NCBI GenBank assembly: GCA_965206595.1
Contig: OZ242214.1
Coordinates: 4,768,001-4,832,000 of the forward strand
DNA: 64,000 bases
Direction: 5' to 3'
From: Candidatus Latescibacterota bacterium
GTDB lineage: Bacteria; Latescibacterota; UBA2968; UBA8231
A program made the position numbers and the translations under genes. Below are positions 37,740 through 47,692 of this stretch, piece after piece. Each line of letters begins with the position of its first letter. The first letter of the stretch is position 1. The notes beneath the pieces are model-generated. The model was given only the letters and a program-made list of their open reading frames with translations. It ran no database searches and was not told where the DNA came from.

Positions 37740-40076
37740 CTACTGTTCCGGTTCCATGTCGGGGCGCAGGCGAACGAAAGCAGGTTCGCGCAGCGTTCCC
37801 ACGGGGGTCATCGACGCGTACTCCACCTCGCAGTACAGCCGAGGCTCGATCCAGGTGGTCTGCGCGTCGTCGGGCGGTTTCACGGGAATCGGCCGCTCGA
37901 CCTCGGGAAAGCGGCGAAGTTCCTTCATCACCGAGGTCATGGTCCGGGCGTTGAAACCGGTGCCGACCTTGCCGAGATAGTCGAGGCCGGGGCCGTTGCC
38001 CGCGGCCGCCAGGTGCAGGGCTCCGAACTGGCTCTTGCGGTCCCCCTTGCCCGCGGTGTAGCCGACCACCAGGCACTCCATGGTCTGCCGCACCTTGATC
38101 TTCAGCCACCTGTCGGAGCGTTTTCCCGGAAGATACGGGGCCTCCCGCAGCTTCGCCACGATCCCCTCCAGCCCGGCCTGTCTCGTCGCTTCGAACAGGG
38201 CGTGCCCGTCGGCGACCACCTCGCTGACCCGGTACGGGGACTCCGGCTTCAGGGCGCTCTCCAGCCACTCCCGGCGCCGGCTCAGGGGCTCGTTGACGAC
38301 CGGCCGCCCGTCGAGGTAGAGGCAGTCGAAGAGGTAGCAGTGGGCGGGGTGGCGCTGCCGCGCCTTCTCGATGCCGCGCTCGCCGCGCGCGTGCAGGCGG
38401 CCCACCGCGTCGGTGAAGACCGGCCGGCCCTCGTCGTTCAGGCAGACGATCTCCCCGTCGAACAGGGCCGACGAGGCGCGGAAGGCCTCCTCGGGCAGCC
38501 GCAGCTCCGGGAAGTGTTCGGTTACGTCCCGGCGGCTGCGGGTGCGGATGCGCACCTCCCCCTCGTCGAGGGCGATCGAGGCGCGGATGCCGTCCCACTT
38601 GAGCTCGTACAGGTAGTCGCCGCGGTCCGGCACTTCTTCGCGGTTCTCGGCCAGCATCGGCTCGACGAACTCCTCCAGCCAGTCGACCTGCGGGTTGTCG
38701 AGGCGCTCGAGCAGCCAGTCCTTGCCGCGGGTGTTGATCAGCCGGAACTCGGCGCTCAGCTGGCGGCTCTGCAGGCGGAAGTAGAAGCTGTCCTTCTTGT
38801 CGTTGGTGACCTCGTAGCGGCCGAGGGCGTAGACCCACATCGGGCCGGCGCCGTACTCCCCCTTGGGGATGCGCCCCTCGAAGGTGAGGTACTCGAGCGG
38901 GTGGTCCTCGACCTGGACCGCCAGCCTCTTGATGCCCGGCCGCGGCGGCAGCCCCTTCGGCACCGCCCAGGACCTGAGCACCCCGTCCCGCTCGAGGCGC
39001 AGGTCGTAGTGCAGGCGGGAAGCGTGGTGGCGGTGGACGACGAAGGCGTTGCCGTCCCCTGCCTCGACATCCGGGGCCGGCTCCGGCGTCTTTTCGAAGC
39101 TGCGCCTGCCGGCGTAGGACTCGAGCTGGTCCGGGGTCTTGTGGGTTCTCGACCGGGCGGGGGCCCGCTTCTTCTTCGCCGCCTTGCGGTCGGTGTGCAG
39201 GCGCACGGCGTACGCCCCCATCCCTTCCCACGGGTCCCCTTCGCTCAGCACCTTGTCGGCCGCGGTGTGCAGGTTGTACTCGACGGGATCGCTCAGCTGC
39301 TCGAGCTCCTCCCATGCCAGCGGCATCGACACCGGGGCGGCGGCGGAACCGCGCACGCTGTAGGCGGCGACGATGGTCTGCGCCGTGCGGTTGCGGAACA
39401 CGTCGACGAGGACCTTGCCCTGGCGCGCCTCCTTCTTGATGTGCAGGGTCGTCGTCGCGGCGTGGGCGCGGACGAACGGCTGGAACATCCCTTTGGCCGC
39501 GGCGAACACCGTCTCGAAATCCCACTTCGGCTCGATCGGCGCCACCACGTGAATCCCCTTGCGGCCCGTGGTTTTCGCGAACGGGTGGTAGCCGTGCGAC
39601 TCGAGGTGCTCCCTGACCTCGAAGGCGAGCTCGACGACGTCGGGGAACGGGTACCCTTCCGGGGGATCGAGGTCGACGACGAAGTAGTCGGGCTTGTCGA
39701 AGTGGGGCCGCCGCGAGTGCAGGTGGTGGACCTCGATGCAGGCGTGGTTGGCGATCCAGACCATCGAGGCCTCGTCGGAAGCGAGCACGTAGTCGAGGGA
39801 GTCCCCCGCTTCGCCGATCACCTCGTGATCGAGCCACGCCGGCGCCCACCTGGGGCGGTTCTTCTGGAAGAAGCTCTCGCCGTCGATGCCGTCCGGGAAG
39901 CGCACGAACGACAGCGGCCGCCCCCTGAGATGGGCGAGGATGGTCGGGGCGATCTTGAGGTAGTACTCGATCAGCTCCGCCTTGACGATGCCGTCGTTGG
40001 GCCACAGCACCTTGTCGAGGTTGGTTATCTCGAGCTTGTGTTTTCCGACCTGGGTCAGCTGTGCTTTTCTCGGCAT
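37740..40076 (-). CDS. ligD: LigD with polymerase, phosphoesterase and ATP-dependent ligase domains
   Basis: Polymerase (RFPDG, FFQKN, DLDP, KTTG.KG.H); phosphoesterase (H.ASRLHYDLRLE..GVLRSWAVPKG, VEDHP); ligase (ELKWDG, DGE, EG...K, WLK.K). Confidence 0.95.
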   Translation of the reverse strand: MPRKAQLTQVGKHKLEITNLDKVLWPNDGIVKAELIEYYLKIAPTILAHLRGRPLSFVRFPDGIDGESFFQKNRPRWAPAWLDHEVIGEAGDSLDYVLASDEASMVWIANHACIEVHHLHSRRPHFDKPDYFVVDLDPPEGYPFPDVVELAFEVREHLESHGYHPFAKTTGRKGIHVVAPIEPKWDFETVFAAAKGMFQPFVRAHAATTTLHIKKEARQGKVLVDVFRNRTAQTIVAAYSVRGSAAAPVSMPLAWEELEQLSDPVEYNLHTAADKVLSEGDPWEGMGAYAVRLHTDRKAAKKKRAPARSRTHKTPDQLESYAGRRSFEKTPEPAPDVEAGDGNAFVVHRHHASRLHYDLRLERDGVLRSWAVPKGLPPRPGIKRLAVQVEDHPLEYLTFEGRIPKGEYGAGPMWVYALGRYEVTNDKKDSFYFRLQSRQLSAEFRLINTRGKDWLLERLDNPQVDWLEEFVEPMLAENREEVPDRGDYLYELKWDGIRASIALDEGEVRIRTRSRRDVTEHFPELRLPEEAFRASSALFDGEIVCLNDEGRPVFTDAVGRLHARGERGIEKARQRHPAHCYLFDCLYLDGRPVVNEPLSRRREWLESALKPESPYRVSEVVADGHALFEATRQAGLEGIVAKLREAPYLPGKRSDRWLKIKVRQTMECLVVGYTAGKGDRKSQFGALHLAAAGNGPGLDYLGKVGTGFNARTMTSVMKELRRFPEVERPIPVKPPDDAQTTWIEPRLYCEVEYASMTPVGTLREPAFVRLRPDMEPEQ

Positions 40077-40245
40077 CGGCGGCGGTTCGGTTCCGGGGCG
40101 CTGGATTGGAGCGGTAACTGGTTCAGGGACATAAAGATAATACGGGGAACGGGGTTTCAGTTAATGCCCTTCGAACATCCAATCTGATATGCAAATCGAG
40201 GTTTTCCTTGCTGTTGCATGCTGCATATGATGTCTTAGCAGTCAT

Positions 40246-43200
40246 ATGACATCATTTATAAACAGCCTGCCCGAAAAAACCCCGGAACCGGGTCAGCTGG
40301 TCCTGGTTCGCTCCCGCCGCTGGTTGGTCGAGGAGGTGGTGGCCAACGGAGCCGCATCCCCGCTCGTGCGTCTCGCCTGCGCTGACGACGACGCCCAGGG
40401 CCAGAGCCTCGAGGTCTACTGGGACTACGAGATCGACCGCCTGATCCTCGAGGAAGAGGGCTGGGCCGATCTCGCGTCGAAAGGGTTCGACTCGCCGCGG
40501 CAGTTCGCCGCCTTCCTCCACACCCTGCGCTGGAACTGCGTCACGGCGACCAACCCGAACCTGTTCCAGTCCCCCTTCCGCGCCGGCATCAAGATCGACG
40601 CCTACCAGATGGAGCCCCTGCGCAAGGCCCTGCGTCTGCCCCGGGTGAACCTGTTCATCGCCGACGATACCGGGCTCGGGAAGACGATCGAGGCCGGGCT
40701 GATCGCCCGGGAGTTGCTGTTGCGGAGGAAGGCGAAGACCATCGTCGTCTCGGCTCCGCCCTCGGTGATCGAGCAGTGGAGGGGGGAGTTGGAGGAGCGC
40801 TTCGGACTGGTGTTCGAGATCCTCGACCGGCGCTACCTGGCGCGGGTTCGCCGCGAGCGGGGATTCGGGGTGAACCCGTGGCGGACGCACAGCCGCTTCC
40901 TGGTTTCTCACAACCTGCTGATCGATCCGACCTACGCCGACCCGATGCGGGAATGGCTGGGCGGGTTGCTGCCGGGGAGTCTGCTGATCCTCGACGAGGC
41001 CCACCACGCGGCGCCTTCCAGCGGCGGCCGCTACGGGATCGAGACCAAGTTCACGCGCGCCATCCGGGATCTGTGCGGCCGCTTCGAACACCGGCTGTTC
41101 CTCTCCGCCACGCCTCACAACGGCCACTCGAACAGCTTCTCCACCCTGCTGGAACTGCTCGACCCGTACCGGTTCACGCGCGGGGTGAAGATCCGCGGCA
41201 AGGGCGAACTCGAGGAGGTGATGGTGCGCCGCCTCAAGGAGGACATCCGCGAGATCCAGGGAGGGTTCCCAAGGCGGATCGTCGAGAGGATGGGGATCGA
41301 CAACCTGCCGCCCGAGGCTCCCGAGATCCTTCTGTCGGAACTGCTCGATCAGTACCGCACCGCCCGGGAGGAGCGGCACGCGACGACCTCGCTGAGGTCG
41401 CAGGCCGCGGCCGGGCTGCTCGTCGTCGGGCTGCAGCAACGGCTGCTCTCATCCATAGAAGCCTTCGCCCGCACCCTCCAGGTGCATCGCCGCACCGTAG
41501 TGAAGCAGTGGGAAAAGCAGCAGGAAGCGGAAGCCGAAATCCCCGAATCCGAAGAACAGGACAGCCTGCTGCGGACGGCGCCGGACTCCGACGACGAGCG
41601 GGGGGAGTGGGAAGAGGATCAGCTCGAAGCCGAAGAAGAAGCCGAGGTCGAGGCGATGACGGTCGCGGCCGAGGCAGGGGGACTGCGAGACGAAAGGACG
41701 GAGGAGCTGTGGAACCGGGAGCAGAAGCTCCTGGACCGCATGGAGAAAATCGCCGAGGAGACGCGGTACCTGCCCGACGCCAAGGTGCGGCGGCTGATCC
41801 AGTGGATTCGAGAGAACCTCTGCCCCGGGCTCCCTTCCTTCGGCGAGATAGCGCAGGGTGAGCCGGCCCCGTGGAACGATCGCCGGGTGCTGATCTTCAC
41901 CGAGAACCGGGAAGGGACGAAGCGCTATTTGAAGACCATCCTGGAGGAGGCGATCGCAGGGACAGACCTGGCAGACGAGCGCATCGAGGTGATAGACGGA
42001 CTGGTCAGCTCGACCAATCGGCGGGAGATCCAGAAGCGCTTCAACACCCACCCCGCCAAGGACCCGCTGCGCATTCTGCTGGCGACGGACGCGGCGCGGG
42101 AAGGACTGAACTTCCAGGCGCACTGCACCGACCTGTTCCACTTCGACCTCCCCTGGAACCCGGGACGGATCGAGCAGAGGAACGGCCGTATCGACCGCAA
42201 GCTGCAGCCCGCCCCGGAAGTGCGCTGCCACTACTTCGTCCTGCCCCAGAGAGCGGAGGACCGCGTGCTCGAGGTGCTTGTCCGGAAGACGGAGAGGATC
42301 AAGCGGGAGTTGGGCAGCCTGTCGAAGGTTATCGACGACGACGTCGAAAGGCTGCTTCGCGGAGGCATCCGCCACGCGAACGCCGGCCGCCTCGCCGAGG
42401 AGATCGAGAGGGCGGACCTGGATGAGAATCGGAAACAGGTAGCAGAAGAGGAATTGGAAGGCGCCCGCGAGCGCCGGGAGGATCTGAAGGTGCAGATCTC
42501 CCGCTGCCAGACGCTGCTCCAGAACTCGCGCGGATGGGTCCGCTTCGAAGAGGGTGCCTTCCGGGATGCGCTTTCCTGCTCGCTGGAGCTGCTGGGGGCG
42601 AATCCGCTGGAGGAGACCCGCGACCAGGAGGGACGGCGGGTGTGGAGATTCCCGGCTCTCGACCAGAAAGCGGAAACCGACGCCAGCTGGTCGTCCACGC
42701 TCGATACGCTGCGGCAGCCTAAAAAGCCCGATCAAAAGGTGACCGAGTGGCGCCAGCAGGCGCCGATCCGCCCGGTCGTTTTCGAGGACCCCGGCGCGGT
42801 CACCGAGGACAGCGTGCATCTGCACCTCGAGCAGCGCGTGGCACAGCGGCTGCTGGCCCGGTTCCGGGCCCAGGGCTTCATCTACCACGACCTGTCGCGG
42901 GCCTGCCTGGCGCAGGCCAGGGATTCGATACCGCGGGTGATCCTTCTCGGACGGCTCTCCCTGTTCGGCCGCGGCGCCGAGCGCCTGCACGAGGAGCTGG
43001 TTCCGGTTGCCGCAAGATGGGTCGAGGCCTCGAAGCGGAAAGGGCCGCTCAGGGCGTACGCCCGGGAGACGGAGCTGCGAACGCTCGACCTGCTCGAAGA
43101 AGCGCTGACCGGTGATGGGATGCGGGTGCCGCACGAGACGATCCGGCGCCGGCTTCTGGAGACCGCCGCCCGGGATATCGAGGAACTGCTGCCGCAGCTG

Positions 43201-43539
43201 GAACCCCGGGCCGAGGAGCTGGCCGCTATCGCCGTCGAGCGCCTGACCGAGCGCGGCAACCGCGAGGAGCAGGATCTGCGGGAGACGCTCGAGCGCCAGC
43301 GCGCCCGGGTGATCGAGGAGCTGGAAAATTACGATCGCAAGTTCACTCAGCTGACCCTGGACTTCAACGCGGAGGAGAAAGGCCAAGTCGAGGCGAACAT
43401 GCGTGGGTGGCGTCATCGTCTCGAACAGTTCGAGAAGGACCTTGAAGTGGAGCCGGCCCGCGTGCGCGAGTTCTACGAGGTCCGGGCGACCCGGGTGGAG
43501 CCGGTCGGCCTGGCCTACCTGTGGCCGGAGACCAACTGA
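40246..43539 (+). CDS. drmD: DISARM SNF2-family helicase DrmD
   Basis: ADDTGLGKT, DEAH, SATPH, WNPGRIEQRNGRIDR; first gene of the drm cluster. Confidence 0.9.
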   Translation: MTSFINSLPEKTPEPGQLVLVRSRRWLVEEVVANGAASPLVRLACADDDAQGQSLEVYWDYEIDRLILEEEGWADLASKGFDSPRQFAAFLHTLRWNCVTATNPNLFQSPFRAGIKIDAYQMEPLRKALRLPRVNLFIADDTGLGKTIEAGLIARELLLRRKAKTIVVSAPPSVIEQWRGELEERFGLVFEILDRRYLARVRRERGFGVNPWRTHSRFLVSHNLLIDPTYADPMREWLGGLLPGSLLILDEAHHAAPSSGGRYGIETKFTRAIRDLCGRFEHRLFLSATPHNGHSNSFSTLLELLDPYRFTRGVKIRGKGELEEVMVRRLKEDIREIQGGFPRRIVERMGIDNLPPEAPEILLSELLDQYRTAREERHATTSLRSQAAAGLLVVGLQQRLLSSIEAFARTLQVHRRTVVKQWEKQQEAEAEIPESEEQDSLLRTAPDSDDERGEWEEDQLEAEEEAEVEAMTVAAEAGGLRDERTEELWNREQKLLDRMEKIAEETRYLPDAKVRRLIQWIRENLCPGLPSFGEIAQGEPAPWNDRRVLIFTENREGTKRYLKTILEEAIAGTDLADERIEVIDGLVSSTNRREIQKRFNTHPAKDPLRILLATDAAREGLNFQAHCTDLFHFDLPWNPGRIEQRNGRIDRKLQPAPEVRCHYFVLPQRAEDRVLEVLVRKTERIKRELGSLSKVIDDDVERLLRGGIRHANAGRLAEEIERADLDENRKQVAEEELEGARERREDLKVQISRCQTLLQNSRGWVRFEEGAFRDALSCSLELLGANPLEETRDQEGRRVWRFPALDQKAETDASWSSTLDTLRQPKKPDQKVTEWRQQAPIRPVVFEDPGAVTEDSVHLHLEQRVAQRLLARFRAQGFIYHDLSRACLAQARDSIPRVILLGRLSLFGRGAERLHEELVPVAARWVEASKRKGPLRAYARETELRTLDLLEEALTGDGMRVPHETIRRRLLETAARDIEELLPQLEPRAEELAAIAVERLTERGNREEQDLRETLERQRARVIEELENYDRKFTQLTLDFNAEEKGQVEANMRGWRHRLEQFEKDLEVEPARVREFYEVRATRVEPVGLAYLWPETN

Positions 43540-43541
43540 GC

Positions 43542-46500
43542 ATGGCCAAGCTGGACCCACAGGTACTCAGGCACCTCGAGTGGATCGGCTTCGTCCAGCC
43601 GAGCGGTCTCGTCGTCTCCGCGCCGGCGCTGGTGCGCGCAAGTGCCATCCTCGACCGGCAGGACGCCGAAGGGCAGCGGCGGCTGCGCGACTGCGTCGAG
43701 GAAAGGGCGTTCCCGCAGGACCGCGATCCGGAGCCGTGGTTGCCCGACTTCGAGACCTTCGCGAGGACCGTTCTGGAGTGGAACTTCTCGCCGAGAGGCT
43801 ACGCCGGCACCACAGAGAACCCCATCCCTGAGGACCTGATAGTGACCGCCGCGGATGGGGAAACCCTCGCCCCCGACTTCGCCGTCCGCGAGCGCAGCCC
43901 CGGGGAAGGAGAGTCCGACTGGCAGCTCCTCGTCCAGGTCCTGGAGCCGGGGCAGGCATTCGACAAGGAAGTGAAGGGCTCCGGAACGCTTGAAGCCTCC
44001 CCGCACAGCAGGATGGAGCGGCTCCTGCGGCGCACCGAAGTGAAGGCCGGCCTGCTGTTCAACGGCCTGGCAATCCGGCTGATCTCGGCGCCTCGGGGCG
44101 AAAGCTCCGGCTGGATGGACTTCCGCGTGGCGGAGATGGTGCAGACCTCCGGCCGGCCGATCTGCGCCGCCATGCGGCTGCTCTTGAAGGAAAGCCGGCT
44201 GTTGGCCATGCCCGCCCCGCAGCGGCTGGCGGCCCTGCTCGTGGACAGCCGCAAGTTTCAGAACGAGGTCAGCGAGCGGCTGGCTGAGCAGGTGCTGCAC
44301 GCCCTCTACGAGATGCTGCGGGGATTCCAGGCGGCGCACGACGCCTCGCACGGAGAGCTGCTGCGACGGACCCTCGCTGAGAATCCCGACCGCGTCTACC
44401 ACGCCCTGCTGACCATGATCCTGCGGCTCGTGTTTCTGCTCTACGCCGAAGAGCGGGACATGCTACCCAAGGACGGGACCTTCCAGCGCTACTACTCCCT
44501 CCTGGGACTGTACGAGCGCCTGCGCGAGGACGCGGCCCTGTTCCCCGACACCATGGACCAGCGCTACGGCGCCTGGGCGCAGCTGCTGGTGCTGTTCCGC
44601 CTGATCCACGACGGCGCCGAGACCGGGGCGATGAGCCTTCCCAGGCGGCACGGCGTCCTCTTCGACCCGGACCGGTTTCCGTTCCTCGAGGGTCGGCCGG
44701 ACATGGTGGCGCGCCAGATTCACGAGCGCATCGAGCCGCCCCTGGTAGCGGACGGCACCATCTACCGCGCCCTGGAGAAGCTGCTGGTGCTCGACGGCGA
44801 GCGGATCTCCTACCGGGCCCTCGACGTGGAGCAGATCGGCTCGGTCTACGAGACCATGATGGGGTTCCGCCTGGAGACCGCGAGCGGAAGGTCCTTGGCG
44901 ATAAAGGCCGCGAAGAAGCAGGGCGCACCCACGACCGTGGACCTGGAGGCGCTCGCGGCGGAACCGGGAACCCGGCGTGACAAGTGGTTCCGGGACCGCG
45001 CCGACCGGAAGCTCGGCGACAAAGTGAAGAAGGCCGTGAAAGAGGCGGAGAGGCTGGAGGACCTGCACGCGGCCCTCATGCCGGTGATCGAGGTCGACGC
45101 CACGCCCGACCTCGTGCCGCAGGGGGCGATGGTGCTGCAGCCCAGTGAAGAGAGGCGCCGCTCCGGTTCGCACTACACGCCGCGCGAGTTGACCGAGCCG
45201 ATCGTGCGCACGACGCTGGAGCCGATTCTGGGGCGGCTGCAGGGAGGGAACGGAAATCCCCCGCGGCCCGAACAGATCCTCGACCTCAAGGTCTGCGACC
45301 CGGCCATGGGCTCGGGCGCGTTTCTGGTTGAGGCTTGCCGCCAGCTTGGAGACGCCCTCGTCGAGGCTTGGCGCGCCCACGGCGAGGTGCCGGAAATCCC
45401 GCCCGACGAGGACGAGGGGATCTTCGCCCGCCGGCTGATCGCCCAGCGTTGCCTCTACGGGGTGGACCGCAACCCGATGGCGGTCGACCTGGCCAAGGTT
45501 TCGCTATGGCTCGCCACTCTGGCCAAGGATCACGCGTTGACCTTCGTCGATCATGCCCTGAGAGATGGGGATTCCCTGGTCGGCCTGTCCCGAAAGCAGA
45601 TAGAGACGTTTCACTGGGAACGGGAGGAATCGCCCTCGTTCATGCTGGGCTTCGAGACCATGCGGGTTCGGGATCAGGTGCAAGAGGCCGCCGAGTTGCG
45701 AGAGCTCATCCGGGAGGCGGGCGAGGAAACCGCCGACTGGGAGTTGCGCGACCTGTGGAACCGGGCGCAGTTCGCGTTGCGCAAGGTGCGGCTTTTCGGA
45801 GACCTGGCCACGGCGGCCTTTTTCGACGGGCCTAAGCCGAAGCAGCGGGAGGCGAAGCGCCGCGAGTACGGCGAAGCGATATTCGGAGGCAAAGCCGAGC
45901 AGTACCTGGATTGGCTCGACGAGCGCCGCAAGGTAGAACCGCCCCTGGCGCCGTTCCACTGGGAGGTCGAGTTCCCGGAGGTGTTCGACCGCGAAAACCC
46001 TGGGTTCGACGCAATCGTGGGGAATCCGCCGTTTCTTGGTGGTACAAAGATCTCGTCAACTCTCGGCAAGAACTTCCTTGATTGGCTGCTTGGCTTGCAC
46101 GAAGGATCCCATGGTAACGCCGATCTCGTAGCCCATTTCTTTCGACGTGCATTCTATCTCGTCCGCACGGACGCCAGCTTCGGTCTAATCGCCACCAACA
46201 CCATCGCCCAAGGGGACACGCGTTCGACCGGCCTGCGCTGGATCTGCAACCATGGGGGAGAGATCTATCACGCGCGCCGGCGGGTCAAATGGCCAGGGGT
46301 CGCAGCAGTAGTTGTGAGCGTTTTGCACCTTTGGAAGGGATCGTCGTTAAGTGTTCTTAAGAAACTCGACGAAAAGGAAATGGATATGATTACGGCATTC
46401 CTTTTCCACCGAGGAGGTCACGATGATCCGAGCCGGCTCTCGGCGAATGTCGGCAAGAGTTACACGGGCTCTAAGGTTTATGGTCAAGGCTTTACCTTCG

Positions 46501-47570
46501 ACGATGCGGACAAGAAGGGCGTCGCATCATCGCTCGCGGAGATGCGTCGAATCATCGAGCAGAACCCTCGTAACCAAGAGGTGATTTTCCCCTACATTGG
46601 AGGGGAGGAGGTAAACACAAGCCCAACCCATTCTAACCACCGGTACGTCATCAACTTCCACACCTTTCCGCTGCGCCGGGAGGACTTGGGCGAACGGTGG
46701 CTGAACGCAGACCCGAATCAGTGTCGTGAATGGCTTCAGAGGGGAATCGTGCCCCTCGACTATCCCGGACGCGTAGCGTCAGACTGGCCGGAACTGCTGG
46801 CCGTTGTGGCGGCGAGAGTGAAACCAGATCGCGCCAAGCTCACACAAAACCCCATTGGACGAAAGCGCGCTGCCTTCTGGTGGCAGTACGGATCGCATGC
46901 CAATGAACTATACAGCGCCATTACCGGCATGAAGCGCGTGTTGGCTAACTCGCAAGTCAGCCAAAGAGTGCAGTTCGCTTTCTTGCCAGCAGAAATGGTG
47001 TACTCACATGCCTTGAATGTATATCCAATTCAAACTTACGCCGCTTTTTGCGCACTCCAGTCCCGCCCCCACGAGACCTGGGCACGGTTCTTCGGGTCGT
47101 CAATGAAGGATGACCTCCGCTACACCCCTACAGATTGTTTCGAGACATTCCCTTTCTCCGATGGCTGGGAAACCGACCCGGCCCTCGAAGTCGCAGCCCA
47201 AGCCTACTACGATTTCCGCGCCAGCCTTTTGGTCCGGAACAACCAAGGGCTGACCAAGACCTACAACCGCTTCCACGACCCTGACGAAGACCACCCCGAC
47301 ATCGCCAAGCTCCGCGACCTGCACGCCGCGATGGACCGGGTCGTACTCGATGCCTATGGTTGGAACGACATCCCCACCGACTGCGAGTTCCTCCTCGACT
47401 ACGAGATCGACGAGGAAGAGTGGGGCAAACGCAAGAAGCCCTACCGCTACCGCTGGCCCGACGACATCCGGGACGAAGTGCTGGCGCGGCTCCTCGAACT
47501 GAACGCCAAGCGCCCCAAACGAGAGACAGGTACCAAACCAGCGTACTGGGAAGACGACGATGACGAATGA
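43542..47570 (+). CDS. drmMI: DISARM class I DNA adenine methyltransferase DrmMI
   Basis: SGSHYTP, DPAMGSGAFL, GNPPF (N6 methyltransferase), TRD-like C-terminal region, RYTPTDCFETFPF; starts 2 bp after drmD. Confidence 0.88.
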   Translation: MAKLDPQVLRHLEWIGFVQPSGLVVSAPALVRASAILDRQDAEGQRRLRDCVEERAFPQDRDPEPWLPDFETFARTVLEWNFSPRGYAGTTENPIPEDLIVTAADGETLAPDFAVRERSPGEGESDWQLLVQVLEPGQAFDKEVKGSGTLEASPHSRMERLLRRTEVKAGLLFNGLAIRLISAPRGESSGWMDFRVAEMVQTSGRPICAAMRLLLKESRLLAMPAPQRLAALLVDSRKFQNEVSERLAEQVLHALYEMLRGFQAAHDASHGELLRRTLAENPDRVYHALLTMILRLVFLLYAEERDMLPKDGTFQRYYSLLGLYERLREDAALFPDTMDQRYGAWAQLLVLFRLIHDGAETGAMSLPRRHGVLFDPDRFPFLEGRPDMVARQIHERIEPPLVADGTIYRALEKLLVLDGERISYRALDVEQIGSVYETMMGFRLETASGRSLAIKAAKKQGAPTTVDLEALAAEPGTRRDKWFRDRADRKLGDKVKKAVKEAERLEDLHAALMPVIEVDATPDLVPQGAMVLQPSEERRRSGSHYTPRELTEPIVRTTLEPILGRLQGGNGNPPRPEQILDLKVCDPAMGSGAFLVEACRQLGDALVEAWRAHGEVPEIPPDEDEGIFARRLIAQRCLYGVDRNPMAVDLAKVSLWLATLAKDHALTFVDHALRDGDSLVGLSRKQIETFHWEREESPSFMLGFETMRVRDQVQEAAELRELIREAGEETADWELRDLWNRAQFALRKVRLFGDLATAAFFDGPKPKQREAKRREYGEAIFGGKAEQYLDWLDERRKVEPPLAPFHWEVEFPEVFDRENPGFDAIVGNPPFLGGTKISSTLGKNFLDWLLGLHEGSHGNADLVAHFFRRAFYLVRTDASFGLIATNTIAQGDTRSTGLRWICNHGGEIYHARRRVKWPGVAAVVVSVLHLWKGSSLSVLKKLDEKEMDMITAFLFHRGGHDDPSRLSANVGKSYTGSKVYGQGFTFDDADKKGVASSLAEMRRIIEQNPRNQEVIFPYIGGEEVNTSPTHSNHRYVINFHTFPLRREDLGERWLNADPNQCREWLQRGIVPLDYPGRVASDWPELLAVVAARVKPDRAKLTQNPIGRKRAAFWWQYGSHANELYSAITGMKRVLANSQVSQRVQFAFLPAEMVYSHALNVYPIQTYAAFCALQSRPHETWARFFGSSMKDDLRYTPTDCFETFPFSDGWETDPALEVAAQAYYDFRASLLVRNNQGLTKTYNRFHDPDEDHPDIAKLRDLHAAMDRVVLDAYGWNDIPTDCEFLLDYEIDEEEWGKRKKPYRYRWPDDIRDEVLARLLELNAKRPKRETGTKPAYWEDDDDE

Positions 47571-47692
47571 CAGCTTACACCTTTGGCCGTAAGTGCGTGG
47601 ACTCCTTGGGACGCATCGGAACAGGACATGGTACTGCCGTCAAAGCTGTTCGCCCGCAATCGAGGCACACAGCTATCGTTTGTAAGTCCCAG

